Source: Alkalispirochaeta sp.
Lineage (GTDB): Bacteria > Spirochaetota > Spirochaetia > DSM-27196 > Alkalispirochaetaceae
Length of the DNA stretch: 64,000 nucleotides
Assembly (NCBI GenBank): GCA_965601925.1
Contig: OZ271854.1
Coordinates: forward strand, 1,504,001 to 1,568,000
Direction of reading: 5' to 3'
Part shown: positions 1-8,558 of the stretch, piece by piece
Position numbering within the stretch: the first letter of the stretch is position 1
How the letters are laid out: each line of letters begins with the position of its first letter
Notes under the pieces: generated by a model
What the model was told of the DNA's origin: nothing
Databases searched by the model: none
What the model saw: the letters and a program-made list of their open reading frames with translations, nothing else
Position numbers and translations under genes: made by a program

Positions 1-3
1 TCT

Positions 4-1221
4 TTGCCCTTCGCGCAGCGAGTCTCCGTCGCGAGCATCGACAATCTCTTTATCGCCGCCAGCGCGGTATCGACCACGGGGCTGGTTACCGTCGGCGTCT
101 CGAACAGCTACACCTTCTTCGGTCAGTTGGTCGTTCTGATTCTGATACAACTCGGTGGAATCGGATACATGACTTTCGGTTCGTTCGTGTTGCTGAGTCG
201 CCGCACCGCCCTTACAGAGACCAACATCGAGGTGGGCAAGACGGTCTTTGCGATTCCGGCCGACTTTCGTATCGACAAGTTCATCAAGAGTGTCATCGGA
301 TTCACATTGATAACCGAGACGCTGGGGGCGATTGCGTTGGTTCCCATCCTAATACGTCACGGTGTGGAAAACCCGGTGTGGAACGCCGTGTTTCATAGCA
401 TTTCCGCCTTCTGTACCGCCGGATTCAGCCTCTTCGATACCAGTTTCGAGGCCTTTGCCGGCGATTTCTGGCTCAATGCGGTGATCGGGCTGTTGAGCAT
501 AGCGGGAGCGCTCGGATTCATCGTGTACGTCGACATTTGGCGCGGATTGCGAGGTAAGCGCGAACGGGCTACCATGACGACCCACGTTATTGTCCGCGCG
601 ACGCTGTTGTTTATGGCCGTCGCGGCGGTGTTGCTCTTTGCTATCGACACCTTCGACGCGACAAGGCCGGAGGAGCGCATACTCATGAGCTTTTTTCAAT
701 CCATGACCGCCCTGACCACCGTAGGGTTCAACACCGTACCCATTGCCGAGCTCTCCGGCGCGGCGCTACTCATTGTCATCGTACTGATGTTGATCGGTGC
801 GTCACCCTCGGGGACAGGAGGCGGTATCAAGGTAACGACCGTAACCGCGCTCGTCTCCACGGCGAGGGCAACCTTGCGCAAACGTATCGAAGTGACGTGG
901 CGCGGCAATGTCATTCCGCCGCAACGGGTCCAAACCGCCTACGGAATCGTCGTGTGCTATCTGGCGGTTATGACGTTCGGAACCTTTCTCCTGTTGCTTA
1001 CCGAAGGTGGCGATTTTGTGGAAATCCTCTTTGAGGCGGCCTCGGCTCTGGGTACGGTGGGACTGAGCATGGGCATCACCGGCGATCTTACCGATCTGGG
1101 GAAACTCGTGGTCATAGCCATGATGTATCTGGGACGCGTGGGCGTGCTCACCTTTGGCATGGCGCTTTACGTACGGTCCGAGTTGATTTTCGACGACGAA
1201 AAGACCGATCTCGTTGTGTGA
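4..1221 (+). CDS. trkH: Trk/Ktr-type potassium uptake membrane subunit (TrkH/KtrB), 5'-truncated by the window edge
   Basis: Four pore-loop motifs (SAVSTTGL, SAFCTAGF, ALTTVGF, SALGTVGLSMG) plus GASPSGTGGGIK; highly hydrophobic. Confidence 0.9.
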   Translation: MPFAQRVSVASIDNLFIAASAVSTTGLVTVGVSNSYTFFGQLVVLILIQLGGIGYMTFGSFVLLSRRTALTETNIEVGKTVFAIPADFRIDKFIKSVIGFTLITETLGAIALVPILIRHGVENPVWNAVFHSISAFCTAGFSLFDTSFEAFAGDFWLNAVIGLLSIAGALGFIVYVDIWRGLRGKRERATMTTHVIVRATLLFMAVAAVLLFAIDTFDATRPEERILMSFFQSMTALTTVGFNTVPIAELSGAALLIVIVLMLIGASPSGTGGGIKVTTVTALVSTARATLRKRIEVTWRGNVIPPQRVQTAYGIVVCYLAVMTFGTFLLLLTEGGDFVEILFEAASALGTVGLSMGITGDLTDLGKLVVIAMMYLGRVGVLTFGMALYVRSELIFDDEKTDLVV

Positions 1222-1379
1222 TACGGGCGTCCGATCGGTACAAACACCGCACGAGCCGCGTCACAAACAACTCCACAAAACGGAAGAGCCGCGCTCCGGC
1301 ACATCGGATACGCACGGCTCACATCGAAGCGATCCTCGAAACGCAGAGTCGCGCTCCGGCGACCAATGAACCGTGCGCG

Positions 1380-2045
1380 CTACTGCATTCGCACGCGAAT
1401 CAGCAGTGCGACGCGCCGGTTGCGGGTGCGTCCGGCCGTCGTAGCGTTGGTGGCGATCGGTGAGCTCGCTCCACGGCCGACGGTCGTCATTGCCGAACGC
1501 GGGATGTCGAAGTTGTCCGCCAGGTGCGCCGCGGTGTTGACGGCGCGGCCGCGGGAGATTGGACCGTGGTTGGCGGGGTCCCCCACGTCGGCGACGTGAC
1601 CTTCGATTGCAATGGAGTCCACCTCGACTAAGGTCAACACTTCGCCGATGAGATCGAGATACGTTGGAAGCGCTCCGGCGACGGCGGCGTCATTAGGAGC
1701 GAACGCGCTGGTAATCACGATGTCGACTCCGCCGGAGACAACGGTTACCGTTACATCCTCATAGGCATCGAGCCGACGAACCAACTCCTCTACCTCGGCA
1801 CGAACCGCCGTTTGCGGATCAACCGGTTCGACGACCGGCTCCGGCGCCGGCTCGGGTTCCGCTTCGACGACGAGCTCAACGTCGGCTTCCGGCTCTTGCG
1901 GAGTCGCTTCGGGCTCTTCCTGGACCGCGGCCTGCGGCTCCTCGGTCGGTTCCGGCTCGCTGATCGCTTCGGGTGCGGTGGCGCACGCGACAAAAAAGAG
2001 AGTTATAAACATTATTAAAGAGAAACGATGGAAAGTATTCTGCAT
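1380..2045 (-). CDS. OmpA-family peptidoglycan-binding lipoprotein
   Basis: Lipobox FFVAC, Glu/Pro-rich linker, C-terminal IEGH..D..SRGRA..NRRV OmpA-C motifs. Confidence 0.85.
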   Translation of the reverse strand: MQNTFHRFSLIMFITLFFVACATAPEAISEPEPTEEPQAAVQEEPEATPQEPEADVELVVEAEPEPAPEPVVEPVDPQTAVRAEVEELVRRLDAYEDVTVTVVSGGVDIVITSAFAPNDAAVAGALPTYLDLIGEVLTLVEVDSIAIEGHVADVGDPANHGPISRGRAVNTAAHLADNFDIPRSAMTTVGRGASSPIATNATTAGRTRNRRVALLIRVRMQ

Positions 2046-2184
2046 GTGTGTCTCCCTTCACCCGCAATGTATCTCACTATCGCGAGATTCCACGGCCGGG
2101 AGACTCCAAGGCTTCATTATCGATACCTCCGCCTCACGCCGCCCGTTTATGCGCAACGGCGAATGGTGCGGAGACGCGGCCGTA

Positions 2185-3516
2185 TCAGAATCGTGTCCGC
2201 GCGCCCAACTCCACAACCATCCCGTCGCGTATGAGGCCGAACTCGGAATCGGCAACTCCGCGATTCCAGGTTACGGCGACCGATACATCGACGATCGGTA
2301 TGCCGAGAAACGTCACGTGATGCTCGAAGATGCCGCTCTCATCGACGAGATTGAATAGCGCGCTGTGCTCGGTACTCCACGAGTCGGTAAACCGGGCGTA
2401 TATCGTAGCCGCGGCGTAGTGGCGATCGGGCCGTGTGAATCCCCCGGCGAAATCGGAGGTTACCAGGAGGGAGGAGCTCGCGATCCCGGGATAGTGCTCC
2501 TCGAGACCGTTGTATAGGTACTCCGTCGCAATCGATACGTCGGCGCGATCGGCCGACCGCACGTACTCCGCCCCGATGCTCCCGATGATCTGGGTGTCGA
2601 GGCGCTCGCCGCGCGGATCGTAGGCCTCGACGGCAACTTCACCGTAGGCGCGAATCGGGCCGATCGGAATGCCGAGGCCCGCTCCGGGGCGAAGCATCGT
2701 GCGATCCTGATAGACAACCGAGGCGATCGTGTCCACCGACGCGACGCGGGCGGTTCCGTAGGCCGCGTATCGTACATCGTCGATGTCGCCCGTATCGACG
2801 GCGTTCTGAAGCGCGGCGGCGAGCCTGAGAGAGACGGCGGGATGAATCGTAAGACTCGCTGCAGCTCCGTCGAATCCCGGACGTTCGTCGTTATCCGAGC
2901 TTTGGGGATGCAGCGCGTCGGTAGCCGAAAAGGTCGATCCGAGCCCCCAGTCGAATCGTTGCCGCCCCAGGCGAAACTCGACGCCGGGATGCAACGGGAG
3001 CCCGACATAGGCCCTGTACAGCTCATGAGAGAGCTCGATGGTCGTCGAATCCGCGCCGCCGGTGCCCGCAGTTCCAGTTTCCAACCCGTCGCCATCGCTC
3101 GCGGTAGCATCTGTGGGCGCCGTACCGATGAGGGCGTGATCGACGAATACCCGCACCCGTTCGCCGGAAAGCAGGTGGGTGGCCTCAAACTGCGTGAGCC
3201 CCGAGACGGTCCACTCGCCGCGTTCCTCGGGATCCGCGACGACGACGCTGTCTTTGCGATAGGCGCCGACGGCGCGCAACTCCAATGCGCCGTCAAACTC
3301 GTACTCCTGGGCCGACACGGTACCGCCGGTCGCAAGAACACACAGCGCCGCTATCGCCGGTAGGATACGAGATAGGAGGGCGAGAACCGAACCGATGCGT
3401 CCGACCATGCGGGGTGCTCCTTGGTGTGGGAGTGTCACCGCGCTCCCACCGTAGATATCCCACAAAGCTGCCCGAGACCGCCCGAGGAGGTCAACTCTCC
3501 CGGAGCCGATATTCAC
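2185..3516 (-). CDS. Hypothetical exported protein, probable outer-membrane beta-barrel
   Basis: GTG at 3516 preceded by AAGGAG; signal-like hydrophobic stretch ending VSA-QE; alternating beta-strand pattern; C-terminal Phe (ARTRF). The ORF-track start at 3891 overlaps the GH2 gene. Confidence 0.6.
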   Translation of the reverse strand: MNIGSGRVDLLGRSRAALWDIYGGSAVTLPHQGAPRMVGRIGSVLALLSRILPAIAALCVLATGGTVSAQEYEFDGALELRAVGAYRKDSVVVADPEERGEWTVSGLTQFEATHLLSGERVRVFVDHALIGTAPTDATASDGDGLETGTAGTGGADSTTIELSHELYRAYVGLPLHPGVEFRLGRQRFDWGLGSTFSATDALHPQSSDNDERPGFDGAAASLTIHPAVSLRLAAALQNAVDTGDIDDVRYAAYGTARVASVDTIASVVYQDRTMLRPGAGLGIPIGPIRAYGEVAVEAYDPRGERLDTQIIGSIGAEYVRSADRADVSIATEYLYNGLEEHYPGIASSSLLVTSDFAGGFTRPDRHYAAATIYARFTDSWSTEHSALFNLVDESGIFEHHVTFLGIPIVDVSVAVTWNRGVADSEFGLIRDGMVVELGARTRF

Positions 3517-3559
3517 GTCCGCTCCTTGCCCGGTGAGGAAACTGCTCGGATTGAGACGG

Positions 3560-5356
3560 TTACGGCTCACCCACCGACTGATCATCCGCGAGATCACGAT
3601 AGAAGTTCCGGAGTACGTAATAGGCCGCCTTGCGAGTCCGCTTGTCCTCAGCCAAGAGACCCTTGCGATTGTACCCGCGCTGAAAGGCGTTCGTGCGCCG
3701 GGGACAGCGAAAGTCGAAGAGAATCCACGGCGAGACCCCCTTGAGATAGGAGATGGTCTTGAAAATCTCGACCTGACGGTCGTAGATGTAGCGCTGTCGG
3801 TCCTCGGTAAAGAACTCGTCCACCGATCCTCGATGCCCCGCCAGCGCCCCACCGCCGAACTCCGTGATAAAGACCGGCTTGTCGGGATCACTGTTTCGGA
3901 AAAATGCCGGCAGCTTGTCGTAGTCCGGGTCGTACCATCCGAAGTACTCGTTGATGCCGATAATGTCCAACTCCTCCGCGAGACGATCCTCGATGCGATT
4001 CTCCACGTGGTTTACCAGACATGCGGCGGAGACGGGCCGCGTGCCGTCGGCCACACGCGCCTTCCGCACCAGATCGGTCATGAAAGCGAGGCGCTCGTCG
4101 GTGTCCGGGTTTTCGTTCCCCACCGACCAGATAACGACGCTGGCACGGTTCCGATCGCGCGCGATAAGCTCTCCGAGTTGATTGGCCGCGTCCTTGTACG
4201 TCTCGGGATCGCGAAAGGCGATGGCCCAATAGACGGGTATCTCCGCCCAGAGCATGATTCCCATCTCATCGGCGAGCTCGGCAGTACGGCGGGAATGGGG
4301 ATAGTGGGCGAGGCGCATATAGTTGCAACCCAGCTCACGGGCGGTCTCCAAGTCGTGACGAACTTCGGTTTCGCTCAGATACTTGCCCCCCGAGAGCCCG
4401 TCCTCGTGGCACGCCACGCCGCGAAAAAAGATGCGCTCTCCGTTCAACAGTACGTCGGTGCCGTCCACACGGATCTCGCGGAATCCGATACGCTCTACGA
4501 CGCGATCCTCCCCGAGAGTGATCTCTACATTGTAAAGTTTGGGACTCTCGGGACTCCAGAGCTCGGGGTGCGCGGAGATCTCCGTCTCGCCTCTCCCGTC
4601 GACGACCGGTATCGTAGTCGCGACTCCCAGCTCCGGAATCGCGATGCGGACCTCCGACGAGTCGCCCCTACCGGCGGACTCGATCGAAACGGCTATCGTG
4701 GAAAACGTACCGTCCGGCGCGAGGTGCACGCGATAGTTTTTGATAAACTGTTGCGGTACACGCACGATCTCCACGTCGCGGTAGATACCGCCGTAGTTAA
4801 ACCAGTCGGTATTGCTCATGGGAACGTGCCGATCGTCCCGGGTGTTGTCCACGACCACGAGTATGCGGTTGTCCACGGCAAGGAGGTCGGTGACCTCAAC
4901 GCTGAAGGGCGTCGATCCGCCGAAGTGGACGCCTACGTACTCCCGGTTGAGAAAGACATAGGCGCGATACTGGACGGCGCCGAAGTTGATGAATACCCGC
5001 TCCCCGACTCTCCTCTCCATTCGAAAGGTCCGCGTAAAGGCGATATGCCCCTCGTATAGAAAGAGACGCTCGGCGACGGTGTTCCAACTTGTGGGGATCG
5101 TCATCTCCTCCCAGGCGTCAAAATCGTAGTCCGGCGGTATCGGACGCCCGTCGAGCTCCTCTACCTCCTTGTACCACGCAGCGCGCAAGCTCGTGGCGTA
5201 CTGATCTACGGCATAGCGCCACACGCCGTTGAGACTCTCGGTGCGGCGACCGCCCGACGCGACGTATCCCTCCGCGGTGAAGCGCACGGCGTGATAGGCC
5301 TCATGCCAGTCGTAGTTGTGAATGTGCTCGATGTAATTCTTCGGCTCTCCGGCCAT
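3560..5356 (-). CDS. Glycoside hydrolase family 2 (beta-glucuronidase/beta-galactosidase-like)
   Basis: WFNYGGIYRDV, RLAHYPH, WSVGNE (acid/base) and ITEFG (nucleophile) motifs; YNRKG near the C-terminus. Confidence 0.92.
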   Translation of the reverse strand: MAGEPKNYIEHIHNYDWHEAYHAVRFTAEGYVASGGRRTESLNGVWRYAVDQYATSLRAAWYKEVEELDGRPIPPDYDFDAWEEMTIPTSWNTVAERLFLYEGHIAFTRTFRMERRVGERVFINFGAVQYRAYVFLNREYVGVHFGGSTPFSVEVTDLLAVDNRILVVVDNTRDDRHVPMSNTDWFNYGGIYRDVEIVRVPQQFIKNYRVHLAPDGTFSTIAVSIESAGRGDSSEVRIAIPELGVATTIPVVDGRGETEISAHPELWSPESPKLYNVEITLGEDRVVERIGFREIRVDGTDVLLNGERIFFRGVACHEDGLSGGKYLSETEVRHDLETARELGCNYMRLAHYPHSRRTAELADEMGIMLWAEIPVYWAIAFRDPETYKDAANQLGELIARDRNRASVVIWSVGNENPDTDERLAFMTDLVRKARVADGTRPVSAACLVNHVENRIEDRLAEELDIIGINEYFGWYDPDYDKLPAFFRNSDPDKPVFITEFGGGALAGHRGSVDEFFTEDRQRYIYDRQVEIFKTISYLKGVSPWILFDFRCPRRTNAFQRGYNRKGLLAEDKRTRKAAYYVLRNFYRDLADDQSVGEP

Positions 5357-5373
5357 CGTAGTCCTCCCTTCGA

Positions 5374-6204
5374 TTATCCCTTGAGTCCGGTCGTCACCAT
5401 ACCGTGGATGAAGTGACGCTGCGCCGCAAAGAAGACGACCATGACCGGAATGATCGATATGAGCGACGCCGCCATCTGTGGGCCGTACTCTATGTTGTAC
5501 TGGGTTACGAAATCGGCCATACCAAGGGGGAGCGTCTTGAGCCGCGGACTAATGAGATAGATGAGGGGGGTGAAGAAGTCGTTCCAAAAGAAGCGAAATG
5601 AGAAGATCACCACCGTGGCCAACACCGGCTTGGAGAGGGGAAGCATGATCCGCGCGAAGAGCGTGTACTCCGACGCACCGTCGATCCTCGCCGCCTCCAA
5701 CAGCGAGTCGGGAATGGTCATGAAAAACTGTCGCACCATGAAGGTGCCGAACGCGGTAAAGGCGGAGACGAGAATCACCGCCGCGTGAGAGTCGAAGAGG
5801 CCTAAGGTCCGCACGACGACGAACTGGGGAATGATGATCGCGTGGCCGGGAATCATGAACGTTGCAACGTAGGTGAGAAAGAGTGCCGTCCTCCCTCGCC
5901 AGTGAAGCTTAGAAAAGGCGTAGGCGGCGGTCGTGGCGGTCAGAAGCTGCAGTACGACGATGATACCGGTCACCCGAAATGAGTTGTAGATGTAACGCGG
6001 AAAGTTGGCCCGGAGGTCGACAAAGTTCTCCAGAGTCGGGGTTTCGGGAACGATCGTCATCGGAAAGCGTACGATCTCGCTCTCGGTCTTGAACGCCGAG
6101 GTGGCGATCACCACCAGAGGAAAGAGCACCACGAGGGCGACGAGGATGAGCAGTGCATAGTAGCCGACCAACGCGGGGGTAGAGAGTGTGTTACGCGATG
6201 TCAT
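5374..6204 (-). CDS. Carbohydrate ABC transporter permease (MalG-like)
   Basis: EAA loop LLEAARIDGAS; six TM segments; WNDFFTPL. Confidence 0.93.
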   Translation of the reverse strand: MTSRNTLSTPALVGYYALLILVALVVLFPLVVIATSAFKTESEIVRFPMTIVPETPTLENFVDLRANFPRYIYNSFRVTGIIVVLQLLTATTAAYAFSKLHWRGRTALFLTYVATFMIPGHAIIIPQFVVVRTLGLFDSHAAVILVSAFTAFGTFMVRQFFMTIPDSLLEAARIDGASEYTLFARIMLPLSKPVLATVVIFSFRFFWNDFFTPLIYLISPRLKTLPLGMADFVTQYNIEYGPQMAASLISIIPVMVVFFAAQRHFIHGMVTTGLKG

Positions 6205-7090
6205 AGCTTACCCACTTCGATTGACGGATGTATTGAACCACGGTGATCGCAAGGACGAAGAGCAACAGAATCGTCGCCTGGGCGGAGGCGTATCCCATAC
6301 GAAAATGGGTAAAGGCGTTCTGGTAGATGCGAAGGACCAGCACGGATGTCGATCCTTGCGGGCCGCCGCCGAACTGTCCCCCGGTGAGAATGAAGACTTG
6401 ATCGAAGACCTGAAAGCCTCTGATGACGGCTATCACGGTCGCAAAAAAGGTCGTCGGCGAGAGCATGGGCAAGGTGATGCTCCACAACTTCTGTCTATAC
6501 TTGGCGCCGTCCAGATCGGCATTCTCATAGAGGCTCGGGTTGATCGTCTGGAGCCCCGCGAGAAAGACGACCATGAAGTAACCGAACTGCTGCCACACCG
6601 TCACGAAAATGATCGTTCCCAGCGCCGTATCGGGGCTCGTCAGAAACGGAAAAGCCTCGAGCCCGAGCGTCCCGAGGAACTGGTTGATCGGTCCCCGCCT
6701 CACGTCGAAGATAAGTCCGAATCCCATAGAAACCGCGATATTGGAGAGCACCACGGGGATGAAGAAGAGTCCGCGGAAGAAGTTCTTACCCCGCCGGTCG
6801 GCGTTCAGCATCAGCGCAAAGGTGATGGCGAACAGCAGCTGCAGAGTGACCGATATCACGACGAACCGAACGGTCACCCAGAGACTCCGCAGGAAATCGG
6901 GCGTCTGAAAGGCGCGTACGTAGTTCTCGAATGCTACGAACGAGATGTCGCGCCCGCCGCGAAAGTCGGTAAACGAGAGCCCTACGGTAGCGACCATAGG
7001 AATGAAGATAAACGTGACAAATCCGACGAGGCTCGGGAGAAGGAAGGTGAGAATCACCAGTCGGTCGGTGAGGGTACTCTTGCGCGCCAT
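6191..7090 (-). CDS. Carbohydrate ABC transporter permease (MalF/UgpA-like)
   Basis: LAGLQTINPSLYENADLDGA, ITLPMLSP and MGYASA motifs. Confidence 0.93.
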   Translation of the reverse strand: MARKSTLTDRLVILTFLLPSLVGFVTFIFIPMVATVGLSFTDFRGGRDISFVAFENYVRAFQTPDFLRSLWVTVRFVVISVTLQLLFAITFALMLNADRRGKNFFRGLFFIPVVLSNIAVSMGFGLIFDVRRGPINQFLGTLGLEAFPFLTSPDTALGTIIFVTVWQQFGYFMVVFLAGLQTINPSLYENADLDGAKYRQKLWSITLPMLSPTTFFATVIAVIRGFQVFDQVFILTGGQFGGGPQGSTSVLVLRIYQNAFTHFRMGYASAQATILLLFVLAITVVQYIRQSKWVSYDIA

Positions 7091-7150
7091 GGAACTCCCG
7101 CGGGCGCCGCACGACGCCCCGCGTCGGGGGCGCCGAGACGCGGCGTCTTC

Positions 7151-8449
7151 TTAGTTGGTGGTCTCGATGATCTCCTGAAGGCGGTCGCTTACGAGGGTAA
7201 TAAACGCTCGATCGCTGTAATCCTCCAGAAGGTACTCCTGCATGAGTTCGGCGAGGAGAATATCGATCCTGCTGCCGTACTTAGTGTAGAACGGCGGCTG
7301 AACCGGAGGGCTCTCGACGAAGTATTCGAACGAGGTATCGTCCGGGATTGCGGTACGTAGTTGTTCGCGCACCCCGTCGGTGATGACCGGCGGGAGAAAA
7401 CCGTACTGCGCGACGACCTCCGCCCCTTCGGCGCTGCCCATCCAAGAGATGAAGGTAAACGTCGCCTCTTTCTTGTCCGAACCGGAGTGCACGTGGTTGA
7501 AGGTCGGGGCACCCATGGAGCGGTACGCCTCCGGCGGTGCGTCGCTCGGCAGCCGCGTAATACCCCACTCTTCCCAGTCGAAGGTGAGCCTATCGTCCCT
7601 CCGAGCGTCGAGCATCATGCCGGGAAACCACTCGCCGATGAGCATCATGGCCGCCTGACCGTCGAAAAAGATCGTCGAGTAGTGCGTACGTGTCGCCAAC
7701 AGATCGACCAACGGAGAAATGGCCCCGGCCTCTTCGAGCTCCTTGCGCATACCGAAGCTTTGGAGGAGCGTCGCCTCATCGATATCGATCGCTCCGTCCT
7801 GGGAGATGAAATCGGTGCCCCCTTGGATGGCCGGTATCGCCTGCAAGAGTCCCCAGACGTGAAGATGCGCGCCGAAATGGTCGTCCCCGGTCATCTGCTG
7901 CGCCACCCGAACGAAGGTGTCCCACGTCCACTCGCCGCGTTCGACGAACTCGGTGGGATAGGGTACGCCGGCCTCGTCGAAAAGCGCCTTGTTGAAGTAC
8001 GTGTAGTACGTCGCACCTCGAAAGGGGATTGCGACCGTCTCGCCGTCGATCGTGATGGCGTCCGCATAGGCGCTCACCGCGTCGAGGTCGTAGTCGTACT
8101 CCCGTATGAGTTCGTCCAACGGTTCGATGTGTCCCGCGGCGTGGTGTCCGAACATGTCGACCTGCCGCTTCTGCATAAAGGCGTCCATCTGTGCTCCGCC
8201 CGCGAGGAGCGTGGTGAGCCGCGTTTCGTAGTCCGCCGACGGAATGATCTGGGCGTCGACGAAGACTTCGTCCTGGCTCTCGTTGAAAGCGTTTACGATA
8301 TCGACGTATGTGGGATCCTCCCACATATAGAAGACGATCCTGACCGGTCCGTCTTCCTCGACACCTTCGGTTTGTCCACCGGCAAAGAGTGAGGCGGCGA
8401 CGCAAAGACTCGCCGCAGCGATAAACAGACGTGTATTCGACATTCCCAT
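7151..8449 (-). CDS. Sugar ABC transporter substrate-binding protein
   Basis: ATG at 8449 after GGAGG; signal ending LFAGGQ; YFNKALFDEAGVPYP..WTWDTF typical of SBP_bac_1/8. Confidence 0.9.
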   Translation of the reverse strand: MGMSNTRLFIAAASLCVAASLFAGGQTEGVEEDGPVRIVFYMWEDPTYVDIVNAFNESQDEVFVDAQIIPSADYETRLTTLLAGGAQMDAFMQKRQVDMFGHHAAGHIEPLDELIREYDYDLDAVSAYADAITIDGETVAIPFRGATYYTYFNKALFDEAGVPYPTEFVERGEWTWDTFVRVAQQMTGDDHFGAHLHVWGLLQAIPAIQGGTDFISQDGAIDIDEATLLQSFGMRKELEEAGAISPLVDLLATRTHYSTIFFDGQAAMMLIGEWFPGMMLDARRDDRLTFDWEEWGITRLPSDAPPEAYRSMGAPTFNHVHSGSDKKEATFTFISWMGSAEGAEVVAQYGFLPPVITDGVREQLRTAIPDDTSFEYFVESPPVQPPFYTKYGSRIDILLAELMQEYLLEDYSDRAFITLVSDRLQEIIETTN

Positions 8450-8558
8450 ACCTCCTTCGTAGAAGAACGTTACCGCCATTCTGACTACGGAAATCGCTTC
8501 GGCGATACTAAGAACTGCTGCGCATGATCAGGATTCCAGGGAAAACCACTTCCGAATA

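Noticed and set aside
3533..5059. Long antisense ORFs (3533-5059, 6188-7360, 8979-10259, 20714-21949, 28459-29736, 32684-33670 and similar)
   Set aside because: Shadow ORFs of GC-rich genes; no motifs, and each lies opposite a well-supported CDS.
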